Below are positions 11,178 through 23,529 of a stretch of 64,000 nt of DNA, piece by piece. The notes below the pieces were generated by a model that had not been told where the DNA came from, ran no database searches, and saw nothing but the letters and a program-made list of their open reading frames with translations. A program made the translations under genes and the position numbers. The DNA is from Saccostrea echinata (lineage: Eukaryota). Location of the stretch: assembly GCF_033153115.1 (NCBI RefSeq), contig NW_026889779.1, positions 11,098,001-11,162,000 of the forward strand. Direction: 5' to 3'. Every line of letters begins with the position of its first letter. The first letter of the stretch is position 1.

Positions 11178-14100
11178 ATGTTTAAAAAGTAAGGGTTTCA
11201 ATTTTAATTTATACTTTTCAAGATAATTTCTTTCAGAGAAGTAATACCCTATTATAACTGTGCAAAATTGACACAGTATAATGGATAAATCGAAAGTTTC
11301 TTGGATGACAGACGACTGTTAGTATTAAATGTAATCAGGTCCAGTACAATACTCAGTGTTTAGCTGTACATGGCTTGAATTACCTACATAGCTTTATTTA
11401 GCACCCAGAGTAGCTTGATTTAGCTATTTTAATATAAGTTTTCACAAGAATGCTTTTTGTTGAAATAGACAAATGTCTTGGTTTGTATTATTCTCTATTG
11501 AGAAGTTGATGGCTCGTTTTAATACTCCCCCTCAACTTCTCTATAAAATGTCTAATAAAAGCAGTTCAGAAGTTGACTGAATGAAGAACCAAACCGGACC
11601 CTACTTTGATCGATGTTTTAGGTCTGACACGATATCATAGATGTAGTCTGGATGCACAGATGCTATTTTGCCATAGAAATGCGAATAAAATTCAAATTCT
11701 GCCGACTTAAAACATGTTTTTAATGATAAACACTTAGTTGCGATATCTGTGTCGCAGGATTTGTTTATTTTTTCAAAACTGTGTTTGAACCCGGGTTGAC
11801 CTCTAAAAAAGTCTAAAACTATTCCTCCAGATAACTATTTAACACTGGAACATTTTATCCAATTTTTCAGGAGAAAAAGTTTTAGACTTTTTTTAGACGT
11901 CAATCGGGTTCAAATGCAGTTTTGAATTAATAAACGAATCAGGTGACACAGATATCGCAAGTAAGTGTTCTTCCGTGATAAATGTTTTTAAGTCAGCAGA
12001 ATGGGTATTTTTAATCACATTTCCATTGCAGAACAACATCTGTGCATCCAAAATATGTCTATGATAATGCATCAACCCTAAAACATGGATTGAAGTGGGG
12101 TCCAGTTTGGTTCTTCATTTAGTCAATTTCTGAACTGCTTTTATTGGACATTTCGTAGAGAAGTTGAGGAGGAGTATTAAAACGAGCCATCAACTTCTCA
12201 ACAGAGAATAGGTTTGTATATGTATACCTATTGTCAGTAAGTTTGGCATTCTTATTCATATGTAAAAAGAGTAAAGATGTGTAATGGTATGGAGACTCCA
12301 TTATGGAATCTGCTGCACCCACTTGTTTACGTACCTTGTTCTTTCAAAATAAATGCTGAACCAACTGCACCAGCTAGACATCTCAGAACATTGATTACCT
12401 TTTTGTAAAAATCCTCACATCTTGTGAATAATTCCAAAGTGTGCGCCTAAAGCCCGAACACAAGTAAAAATTCTGCTGGGCTGGTACAATGCAATTTGGT
12501 ACTAGCCCAATCAGACTAGTGGAATTTTCAGCTGTATTTATCCATGTTCATCTCAGTATTTTAAGTATGGTATTAATTGTCCAAAACATTTTTGTATGAA
12601 AAAGTTTTATTTTCTTGATTGAAATTTTTGACTTTCTAAATGATTTTCTTTTCTTTCTGTCCATGCTTGGTTTGGTTATTTATAATTTGACGTTTCTGAT
12701 CACCGTGTTGAAATGGCTAATCAATGTGAAGAAAAAGATGAGACACAATGATTTTCTTTTCTTTCTGTCCATGCTTGGTTTGGTTATTTATAATTTGTTG
12801 TTTCTGGTTGCTGTGTTGAAATGGCTAATGGATGCGAAGAAAACTTGAGACAGAGACTGTCGTTGAATTAAAATGTTACTGAGAGAATCAAATGAATGGG
12901 AAGATTGGTAGGCAGAGGGCCATGACTCCATTTGTGATGAATGTTACTTTGGACTGCATCATTGTGTAAAACTAAATAGTTTAGTTACAGGAACAAATTA
13001 ATGACAATAAAATGACAGAGAAGAGGTTTCATAGAAAGAACTGCGAACGACAGTATTGTTCCCCCGCCTACCTCCAAGTCAATTTTCAAAAGTTAACACA
13101 TTTGAATGATTTTTCATATCTATATAGATATTTGTATGAATTTTCATAAAACATTACTTCTTTGGGAAAACAAAGAGAGATAACTCTATAATTTTTGTAA
13201 AACTTGTGTTTTTCACTATAGAAATCAAAGGAAAACGGAAAATATTTTTAAAACAAATCTACAGGAATGAATCAAAACTGTCATTTTATTTTCACACTTT
13301 TAAGGGGGGCTTACCCTGCTAGTAACTAGTAAAATTTTGCCATTGCTTGCCTGACTAGGGTAGTGCTTAAAAAAGTTTTAAGTGCACACTGTTCAGACCA
13401 ACTGTCCACATTCCTCACTCCTTAAACAGGATTTGCCCTCATAGACACACAGCACAAGTTCGCTTTGTCAGGACTTGGTAGTTGTAAATGATTTCTGAAC
13501 AAGTCATTTAGACATTCACAAAACCAACCATAAAGTAGGTACACATATTTGGCAAACAAAATTAAATTAATGAAAAGATTAAAAGATAAAATAATTTTAA
13601 GTTAGCAAATTACATGTACTAGCCAAAATGTATGTGTCCTATCAGGAAAGCAAAGTCAATTAAGTGTATTGTCACTATACATGGTAATTGATGAAAGCAG
13701 TGATGTGTAACAGTATCTTACCTGGACTTGGTGCCTTAATTTGGAGTAACAAATCATGGCCGTAGGAACCGGGGGGGTGGGGGGTGGGGGGCTGTGCCCC
13801 CCAATAATTTTGCCGATATAGATCACTATAGAAAACATAAACACTATATGTTTGTGCCCCCTCAATCGAAATGCCTGATGACCTTTTTTTTTTTCTTTTT
13901 TTTTTTTAGCTTGTCAAGAATTTTTCGTAGTTGATAGTGTCCCCTCAAACTGAAATTGCTTCCTACGGGCCTGCAAATTGTTGAACTATGAACTGGTCAA
14001 GACCTGTAGTCCTAGTTTTTTTATCAATTAAACAGCCTAACGAATTGTGGTTTATAAAGAAATATCAATTCCTAATGCATTATGGTTATGAAAGTTTAAC

Positions 14101-16573
14101 TTACCAATTGCAATGTTTTAATGTTTTTCATTATTTTTCAGATTTGATGACAAAGAAATGGTATCTGGTGTGAATAATGCAAAGTCTTCAGTCCAGAAAG
14201 CCATAAGAAATTCAGTATTAGAAAATTATCCCTTTATAGAACCATATCTTGATCAGATTATTCCAAAGAAAGGTGACCTTAAAGTTGTCAAATGGTAAGT
14301 TCTAATTAATATAATACTGATTGAATATATTACATACATTTAGCATGAAACTGATGTGAGTAAAATATGTTGAGCAAGTAGACATTTAAAGGATCTGGCA
14401 GGTTTTAGTTAATTTTTGGCCCATTATTGTAATGCCTTCAGAAGTTTGCTGAAGAACTACTGAATGCATTAAGTTTCATGAAAAGGTCAATATGGTATAT
14501 GTTAAGTACAGTTACATATATTAAATTTCAGAATTCTCTCTTCCTTTAATTTAGCCATGAGCACATAGAAATACTTGCAAATGCTGCAGGGGAACCTTTG
14601 ATGTTTCGACACAGAGATGGACCCTATATGCCGACACTGAAGCTTTTACACAAGTGTGAGTGACATTTTCTATTTCTGTAATATTTCTGTAGCATGAGCA
14701 CCTATTGGACCACTGATGTTGACATTGATTTTTGTTGGATGTACATTTACATTATTAGACCTGCCAACCATTACAATTTTAGCACTTTCGATACCAAAAT
14801 TACAACTTTGTACAAAATTAGGATTTGCTTTACCTTTGTTGGTCCGAGTCAACATTGAATCAATATTTGGTAATATGCAATTTTTTCATGTAGATCATCC
14901 ATAAATAGTGTACCGATAAATCCCCATTATCTTGAACTGACAGTGGGACAAGGTGAAAAAATTCAGAAATCTGAGGAGACACTGTGATGGACAAATGGAA
15001 AAATTGACAAAAGTAAAATTTTTGCAAGACACATGCAAATTTTATTCAATTCTTGGAAGTATTAGGTTTCAGAAAATTACAGGTTTCAGAACCTAAAAAG
15101 TCTACTTTTATGGAGAAAAATATAAGTAAAAATAATTTTAGTTTGCCCCAACATGAAAATATTGCTTCACTTCTTCCTCTTTAAGGTACGCATGCACAGA
15201 AAAGTTGAAGAAGTTACCATGGTGTTAATTCCATAGATATAAATGTTAGATGACCGAGAATTTTTATATAATCTTCAAAAAAGAGGATCAGAACTTATTC
15301 CTCACTAAATTTTGATTGCTCCAATTCAATGTTGTTTACAAGTTTCATGCTAAAAGTAAAAGACACATGATCTTGACATTGATGATAACAACCACGCCAT
15401 AGATACTTTTCTTTTTCCGGCACTTGCAGTCTTTTCTTGCGTTTTACTTTACCATGTAGTTGAGATCTCAAAACTTCACCTTATTCATGTTTCTCATAAA
15501 TCTTTAGCTTTATGATACAATTATCTTAAAAGAAACACATGATATTGACTCACTATGTCACTTTAAAGAAAAAAGTTTTGGGCTTCCAACTTATTTCAAT
15601 ATATCTAATTGGTGTTTGAGAAGCAATGTTTGAAATATCCAAGTTGAACTGTAATTAATGTATTTAAGTCATGATCAATAAGTATATCTCACATTTTACT
15701 TCTATCATTCACTGACAGTAAGTTCATTTAAAAATGTGCAGGTAAATGATAAATTTTAGTGCTAAGATTCACGATCACTTTTCCTTTTGAGCAAATGTCC
15801 TATACTGAATTCAGGTAAATCTGCACAAATGTTGCTTGCCCTTTTCATTCTAAGTATTTTTTAAAGTATTATTATTCAATTTCAAAGATTGTGGTCCATA
15901 GTAAGTTTGTTATTGAGTGCTAAATTTTATTCAAATAAATGACTCTTACAAAGGACTAAAAATTTGTGAAAATTTGGCATAAGTTGTACTCTTTTCTTTT
16001 ACAGACCCATTCATGTTGCCTCGTATGCAGGTAGATAAAGGTGCCATTAGATTTGTTTTGAGTGGAGCCAACATCATGTGTCCAGGATTGACATCTCCAG
16101 GTGCCAAGATGACAAAGTTAGATGCAGAGAAGGTAGTTGCTGTGATGGCAGAGGGAAAAGAGCATGCTGTGGCCATAGGAATGACAAAAATGTCCACAGA
16201 TGAAATGTTAGTATATTTAAACTTTGAGTTTTGTTTGTATTTCATTGTGTCAAACTTCAAATAAGGTGTACACACAAATTAATTAGTAAGAAATCATGAC
16301 AATTTGTACATCCTTCTGATGAGATGTATGTTACAGTGCAATGCAAAAAATGTTCATATGGTGTTGCTTATGTTTACATTTACATCCTGAGTGCATATTA
16401 TTATGTACATATACATTAATACAATTTTTAAAATGTAAACATAATGGAAAGAGACTGATTATATATATATAAATATTTTTTTGTCTTTCAGCATTTCTAA
16501 AAACAAGGGTATTGGATTAGAGAATATCCATTACCTTAATGATGGACTTTGGAACATGAGGACTGTAAAATGA
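11178..16573 (+). CDS. MCTS1: Malignant T-cell-amplified sequence 1 (PUA-domain translation reinitiation factor), 5 coding exons, 182 aa
   Basis: Exons 11178-11188, 14142-14294, 14555-14655, 16005-16206, 16492-16573; all GT-AG and phase-compatible, 549 nt. Protein [12 protein letters not shown]...[10 protein letters not shown]...[43 protein letters not shown]...[23 protein letters not shown] closely matches MCTS1. Confidence 0.96.
11491..12208. mobile_element. Fold-back palindromic MITE with TA target duplication, in MCTS1 intron 1
   Basis: Two arms of about 340 bp are imperfect reverse complements throughout. Termini TA|TTCTCTATTGAGAAGTTGATGGCTCGTTT and AAACGAGCCATCAACTTCTCAACAGAGAA|TA. Confidence 0.85.
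12437..13391. mobile_element. hAT-like non-autonomous element containing a 108-bp tandem duplication (12639-12852)
   Basis: TIR-like AGTGTGCGCCTAAA / TTTAAGTGCACACTG, ACTAGT/ACTAGCCC subterminal motifs; direct repeat units start at 12639 and 12747. Confidence 0.5.
13755..13973. mobile_element. MITE with 14-bp TIRs
   Basis: CATGGCCGTAGGAA ... TTCCTACGGGCCTG, flanked by CAAAT on both sides. The same right end recurs at 25735-25757. Confidence 0.65.
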
Positions 16574-17805
16574 CCCTGGATGATGTTCTTTCAGATTGTT
16601 TGACTCTTTGTTATAAATATCTTTAATATTTATTGCAATATTAAAGCATTTTATCATGAATAAACCACCATCCCTTTCCCAGTCAGTATATGTATATTTT
16701 TCTTTTTCTAAAATGCTCATATTATTAAATATTTTCAAGATATGAAATATACTTGAAAATTAATTTTATTTGTCATATTTGAAATTGGATTTTTTGGCTT
16801 TTTGAGAATTTGAAATAATTTTAGATCATAAAATGTGCATAACCAGATTTATTGTTGTCACTTGTAGCTGAGGCCATTTAAAATAGGTCAAGGTCACTGT
16901 CTTTAAATACCTTGTCTTGAGATCTCATTATTGGCATCAAAGTGGCACCAAATTGAGGTGTGTTAAGACCCTGTGTAAATTACATTGTAGGTCATTCAGA
17001 TAAAGTCACGATTACTGGTTTCAGATGTCCAGAATCCTTGTTCAGGTCAAATTTAGCTGCAGATCTGTAGCTTGCTGGTCTGAAAATATTGGGATGGTCA
17101 TCCTGAGAGCTACAGTGCCACCCTTTGAGAAAAGTATATTTACTGCGCATTAAAAAAAATGTACTGTTTCTCAATTTCTTTGTATATTTAACTCAAAATA
17201 TTGCTTACTGTATGTTCCCAATATATTCTTTTACTATTTCTACAACAAAACATTCCCCATAACCATTGTTAATAGCCCTTCTGATCCTGGGCCTGAAATC
17301 AAACAGAAATGAACCTTTTTGCTCTTATATCTTACAAAAAATAATTGCAAATGCAAGAACACATGACCTACTTTGCAAAAAGTACCCCTGACAGTTTAAT
17401 TTATGTCTTCTGAATTTTGAGAGGCAGGGATTGGATAATTTGCATTTATACATGTTCATGAGCTCATGATCACTGTACTTTGAACTGTATGATTTTCAGT
17501 TTCTGCAAAAAAACTTATAGTTATTTAATTCTATGAAAATACATCAGGATCGGTATTCCACAATGGATTGCATAGACTGACAGTTGCAATAAATACAGAC
17601 TGAAATTTCTTTTGTAGGATTATTGGAAACATGTATAATTGATGAAATGATAAATAATTATTTCTAATAATTTTAATTTAGTTATTCATTTGAGGATTGG
17701 GAAACTTTATTTTCTTTGATTGACAAATTCTGTCTTAGTCTTATACTATCCATGGATGTTTTTTTTTTCTTTGCAGGCAAATGCATGAGCTATGTTAGTA
17801 GTTAA

Positions 17806-18038
17806 TACCTTATAAGCAGAATTTTTAGCGAGGATTCAATTTTGGCATTATTAGCGAGGTGTTGAGATTGCTAAAATTGCATATTGCTAACAATTCATTC
17901 AGCACTAAGGAGGTAAGGCTATCTTGCAAGATATTGACAAATCGCTTAAATTACTTCTTACTAAAATTATATACTCGTCTGATATTTACAGCTAAATTGC
18001 TAAATTTGCATCTCGCTAAAAATTCAATGTATACGATA
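17806..18038. mobile_element. Tc1/mariner-type MITE remnant
   Basis: TA-bounded, with repeated TTAGCG/CGCTAA subterminal motifs. Similar remnants lie near 33955-34146, 41255-41430 and 44460-44639. Confidence 0.45.
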
Positions 18039-18929
18039 AATAGCTGACCACTCTTAGATTTGATTACATCATTAATGAAGCTACAAAGCAAGCAACACAA
18101 GCATTTCTTGGAACACTCTATCTCCAATAAAAAGACCACTTTGTAGTAGCGATATTTTAACACTTTTTTGAAAGGGCACATGTCCAGTAGTACCTCAAAT
18201 TTCACACAAGGGAAATAAAAGATAATAGCTCATGTGTCAACAAATATCTTCTGTAATAGCAACAAGGCTTCAAATGATTGTTCAATAAGATACATGAATA
18301 AAAATATGTCATTAGTTTGTTGGTTACTCCCTACCAAAGAAGGCTTCTGAAGCAATATGACATTCATGTATCATAGGAATGGTCAATAAGATGAATCAGC
18401 TATGACAGTATTATGCATCATTTTATGATGTGGTCCAGTTATGGTACATAGTTACTTTTTACACAGTCCTTCTGTAGAGAAGCTGCTCCAGAAACTTATT
18501 GACCCATCCACTTATCTGGAAAATTAAGGTCAGGTGTATATCAGCAGACATCGCTATGTTTGAACAATCACGGTACCAAAGTGACCAAGGTTAAAGACAA
18601 AGTCGGATCACATTAAAAGAACTAAGAATATGGACTTTCTAGGACTTAAATGTTTTTGTTTCATGACTATTCATGTTCACAAAATTTTAACCTTTTTACT
18701 CTTTGGGAATTTAATGCGATTTTACAAAACTGGACAACACAGGGTCTATCCATAAATTATACTGAACATATCCTGGGATCATGAAAACTTTCAAATTTAC
18801 ATTTTTCCTTATCAGTTCAGTCTTATTCATCAGCATCAAATATTTTGTTTGCTGAATTGAAACATAGGTAATCAAAGATTACAAAGCTTACATTGACAAA
18901 TATCATCTAGAAGTAAGGCAAAGTCTCAC

Positions 18930-19755
18930 ACCAAATGAATGTTCTGGTAGTGTGCAAACCTAGATGCAACACTGATGCACTTGACAGGATATAGTTATTT
19001 GGGAATGGACCTGCTCCAAAAACTTTTACTATCCAATTATCCAGAACATGTCAGTAAGATCCAGCATCTGTAGCATGTCTAGTAGTATGAATCCCTAGAT
19101 GCATCATCCATGCAAGGCTGGTCTAGGGCTTACATTTACTTGGGAATGGACTTGCTCCAATAACTTTCACCTGGTCACTCATCCAGAAATTGTAGGTCAG
19201 ATACAGTCTTTGAACCAAGTCTGTATTACACATCCCTAGATGCATCATCAATGCAAGTTTGATTAAAATGGGACTATTAGTTACTTAATAAAGGACTTGC
19301 CCCAAAATCTTTAACCTGGTCACTCATCTGAAAAATCCAAGTCAGATCCAGCATCCAAAACAAGCCTGCTAGTCAGCATCTCTAGCTGCAACATCCATGC
19401 AAGTTTGGTCAACATAGGTCTTATAGTCAATCATTTGGAAAAGGTAGGTCAAATCCAGCATCAGGAGCATATCTGGTAGTGTGCATCCCTAGATGCATCA
19501 TCCATGCAAATTTAGTCCAGGTAGGGCTGATAGTTACTTGGGAATGGACTAGCTCCAAAAACTTTAACCTGGTCGCTCATCTGGGAATATAGGTAAGATC
19601 CAGCATCCAGAGCAAGTGTGGTAGTGTACAACCCTAGATGCATAGTCCATGCAAAATTTGGTCAAGGTAGGGCTTATAGATACATGTACTTGGGAATGGA
19701 CTTGCTCCTAAAACTCCCAAGACTCTGACATTATGCCGAGGTGAGAGCTAAAATA
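18930..19755. repeat. Tandem array of a ~140-bp unit (about 6 diverged copies), probably Helentron-borne
   Basis: CCTAGATGCATCATCCATGCAA..TTACTTGGGAATGGACTTGCTCC..TAGGTCAGATCCAGCATC recurs near 18961, 19097, 19237, 19383, 19490 and 19635; ends in GAGCTAAAA. Confidence 0.75.
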
Positions 19756-21558
19756 GAAATTTAAGCAAATTATGAGCATTTTGCATTTTTAATACTACTA
19801 TTCTGACTAACAGAATTTATCTTCAGAATGGAAATAAAAGAATATTCATTACAAATAGTTTTATACATTGAAAATTAATGAACTGCACTGGCAGTTAAGA
19901 GTAAAAATGTGTATGCATGTACTTGAATTCCTCTGAAAATACAGCATATATGACTTTGTACAATAAACTATGAAAATGAGCAATAAACTATATATCTAAG
20001 AATTTAGACATTTGTTTCTCTTTTTTTACATACATACAGTATAATACAACATAATTATTAAAACATACACTTATTCAACCTGTATTAAATGTACAATTCA
20101 AATACTCTAGTTCTCATGAAAATCAGTTAAATGGGATGTGAATATTACAGTAATGTTAGGATGAAAACACAAAAATGAAATGATGAACTTGCACTTTCAT
20201 GATATGATAAAATTCTTATATATACAAATAAAACAAAAAATGTCCAAAATCTAAAAATGTGCCAGGAATGTTTAGAAATATACATCTGTACGAGTTTGAA
20301 TGCCATATTCACTACTTTCACAGTGCAATACACACTTCTCTTTCACTGAACTCATTGATATTATGATATACACTTTAAAGAGATTCGAGATTCACTTTTA
20401 TCATAATGTATTAATTATGTTTACATGAATGTGACCATGAAATTACAAATTTCCTTCTGGCAGAGTATTTTTTTAAGTTTGAAATTAGCATTCTAAAAAT
20501 TTGTCAGAATGACATAGTCCATGATTTTGATGGAGAATACTGGGCAAAATAAATGTATTTTTTCTTCTCATCCAAGTTAAGGTGGGTCTGATAATTGCAA
20601 AATTTAAACTTGATTCCTTGGCAAAAAAGAAAATAAAGTCTGACAATTCAAATGCAGTTTAGTGACCTCGTCAATACTACATATAGCTACATACAAGGAC
20701 CAAAACATCACATGAACAGCATAGCATTTATAAAAATAAATTCAGCAATGGATAAAATTTTAAACAAGTTTCATGTGACAAGATGTGTCATTCAGCAAGT
20801 TTGTTATGTATAACACTTGGTCTTGCAAGGTCTCAATATCATATTAAGGTCATTGTTTACTAACATGCTTGTGTAACGCATTAAGGAAATTTTCTTGCAA
20901 AAGTAATTTTTTTTTCAAAAACAATAACCATATAATTTTTTTAACTTAGTTACAAAGTCAAAAATTTCTAAAATTACAGACAATATCACTTTAAGGAAAC
21001 TTTTACTCACGAAAAAATAGTCAAGAGTTACATGCCCTTCTTTTACTAACAAACATTTCTTGCCACAAATCAAATATTTCATTATTGTAACTTTATGTAG
21101 AATATTTCCTCAGTTCCAAATAATAGTTTTAGATCCACTTCAAACCGAATTGCAATTAAAAGTTGTCAAAAAAATACACAGTAGTTGGTATACAGGTTTA
21201 TAGATAAGAAAAGTATCGAACTTCTCCTCTGCAACTTTCCTTTTTTTTATTTTACAGGTTTTAATGAAATACTTCTCATTTTGTTTCAATAGGGGTAATT
21301 AAAGGACTATACTTCCAAAGAATAATATCTCATATTCTTTGCACTAGCTAAATCAGAAAAAAAAAAACCCAACCTTTTTACAGAATTCTTAACCTATTAT
21401 CCTGTGTAATGCAACCATTTTCAAAATAATGAAGTAAAATTTTAAATACCATGTGAAAAAGTTTCACAAAAACTAGATTAATGCAACTAGGATATTGTAT
21501 AAAATCACTCACATTGTACTCAACATTAAACTACCAACGTTTCTCATTAAATTTATCA

Positions 21559-23529
21559 TCAAACTGCTCCGTGAAAGGATTGTGTGTGTGCTTTGAGTTC
21601 ATCTAGTCCTAAGAATGTCATATCACACATGTCACATTCTATCGAGTTTTCATCCATTTTCTCTTCCTTAACCTCTACAGAGAATGATTCTTGGCTGTCG
21701 TCCCTAGATCCATTGCCTACTGGTCCATTTTCTTCATCTTGTGAAAGAAGTGTTTTCTTTGCCTGCAACGCTTCTTTCTTCTTAGCTAGCGACTTATTTT
21801 TTGCTGCAACAAGTTTCTTATTAGCTCTTTCTTCTGCAAATTCTTTTGTGGCAACTCCATGTCTGTCTTGCATGTGAATGAGCTTTGATTCTTCACTTCC
21901 GAAGAATCCATCACAAAGTGGACACTTAAAGAAGTGTTCAGCACGCTCAGCATCCTCATGCATGTCTCGTAGAGCTCGATTATTAAAGATTCGTCCACAA
22001 ATACTGCATTCAAACCGGTCATTGCTACACACAACTGTGGGTTTGGACCTTTCAGATCCCTTTCCATTTATTCCTTTGAAATTGTCTTGTTTGTTACTTA
22101 CTTTACTTCTTGGTCCCATTTTTCTTCGTTTTGCCCCCGTATTAACTTCCATCATGTCAGCCTCCTGTGTCATCAGCTGATATTCAGATTGTTGTGGTGT
22201 GTACATTTCATCATCGAGGTCTCTCTCACCTTGGTCCTTCTCATCGTCTGAACTATAACTTACAGTTCCCAACATTTCCTGATAACTAACCGGATTTTTC
22301 TTTCCTGATGAGAGACGTGTAGAATATTTTTGATCTGTTTTATGGGTTGGTGTACCTGTGTATCCCTGAGAAGTTGGAACACCACCTGTTTTTGTATACT
22401 CTAGAGTTTGAAGAGTAAGCGGCTTTTTAGGTCCACCACTTTCTTTTCTCACAGTGTTGTTTTCATTGGGCAATATGTCTTGTGAGTTTTGTGGGAAAAG
22501 ATCTTGGAATGAAACAAAAGGCAATCGATAAAGTAAAGAATTCTCCTGCTCTGAGGATTTTGATTTTTCCTCCAAGTTTTGGGATTGTAATCCAGGTGAT
22601 GGACTATTTTCTGACTTGTATGCTTCTCTCAAACTCTTACCCTCTAAAATTTTCATTAGAATAGAATTTTTTTCAGATGAGTCTGAATTAGCTCCTGCAC
22701 TACTGTCATCTTTTTTATTTTCATCACACTCACTGTTTTGCTCCTGTTGGTCCATCCCTCCATACTCTCCATCCCAAACAGGCTCCTCTTTCACTGTTGG
22801 GATCACAGATTTTGTTGTGTCCTCACCTTCAGGGACATGTTCTCTACTGGTTACTGCACCATCGTTTAGTCTGATCTGATATTCCATTCCCGCTTTTGAG
22901 GCTCCCTCTAAATTGACCATTTCAATACTTGGAGGTATTGAATTTGATTGGTTTGCCAGCATAGACCTTTTGTGAGGCTTTGCCAATAGTTTGAGTAGCA
23001 CAGAGGCAGATCCCATAGGCTCTTTTCCTACATTACTGTCACTGACCCCATAACGGCCATCCTGTACATCAGATCCATAGCCAGGACTCTCAGACCCATC
23101 AGTGTCATATTCTGTATAACTGCTTATTTTCTGAGCTCGTGATTTACGTTTGTGAAGCTGCTTTACAATGGTTGGAAAATTATCTACACTGCTTGATATA
23201 TTACAATTAAAGTCTGGATCATTATCCTCTGTATTTCTCGACCGTTTTCTGGACTTTGTTTTCTCTGCAGGTGTCCCTACTTTAATCTGTTGCTCAGTCC
23301 ATGGTGCGACAGACTTTGGGGGAGGTGCTGGTGAGGAATCTCTTGAGACTCGTTGACTGTAGAGGGAGTTGCTGGGTTCGACTTTCTGGTGGATTTTCAC
23401 TACATGCTGGAAGTTTGACTGTTGTGAAGAGATACAGATTATCCCATCCACTTCTAACTTTTCAGTGTAATGCTGAGAACAGAGTGAAATAATTGCCGAC
23501 TGCAGCAAATGACTTATTTTCTGTTCCAT
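21559..23529 (-). CDS. C2H2 zinc-finger protein, one large coding exon (656 aa), with a compact N-terminal module and a long disordered middle
   Basis: Uninterrupted ORF. Fingers: CSIC..H (second His atypical), CPLC..HMQDRH, CDMC..HTQSFH. Basic NLS-like KSRKRSR and AKRRK; two VKEE SUMO consensus sites. Acceptor at 23535-23536 with candidate upstream exons 23856-23898 (could add MIFVTDE from ATG at 23869-23871) and one ending at 24524. Confidence 0.85.
   Translation of the reverse strand: MEQKISHLLQSAIISLCSQHYTEKLEVDGIICISSQQSNFQHVVKIHQKVEPSNSLYSQRVSRDSSPAPPPKSVAPWTEQQIKVGTPAEKTKSRKRSRNTEDNDPDFNCNISSSVDNFPTIVKQLHKRKSRAQKISSYTEYDTDGSESPGYGSDVQDGRYGVSDSNVGKEPMGSASVLLKLLAKPHKRSMLANQSNSIPPSIEMVNLEGASKAGMEYQIRLNDGAVTSREHVPEGEDTTKSVIPTVKEEPVWDGEYGGMDQQEQNSECDENKKDDSSAGANSDSSEKNSILMKILEGKSLREAYKSENSPSPGLQSQNLEEKSKSSEQENSLLYRLPFVSFQDLFPQNSQDILPNENNTVRKESGGPKKPLTLQTLEYTKTGGVPTSQGYTGTPTHKTDQKYSTRLSSGKKNPVSYQEMLGTVSYSSDDEKDQGERDLDDEMYTPQQSEYQLMTQEADMMEVNTGAKRRKMGPRSKVSNKQDNFKGINGKGSERSKPTVVCSNDRFECSICGRIFNNRALRDMHEDAERAEHFFKCPLCDGFFGSEESKLIHMQDRHGVATKEFAEERANKKLVAAKNKSLAKKKEALQAKKTLLSQDEENGPVGNGSRDDSQESFSVEVKEEKMDENSIECDMCDMTFLGLDELKAHTQSFHGAV

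Noticed and set aside
12615-12848. Hydrophobic 77-aa repeat ORF as a membrane peptide
   Set aside because: It arises from a T-rich 108-bp tandem duplication within a transposon-like element, and starts at TTG.
12290-13520. Coding-like minus-strand pieces flanking the hAT-like element
   Set aside because: Short, contain stops, and match no family I recognise.
21584-23492. Plus-strand and alternate-frame ORFs overlapping the zinc-finger gene
   Set aside because: Shadows of the real coding exon. The same applies to 59552-61186 over the LINE.
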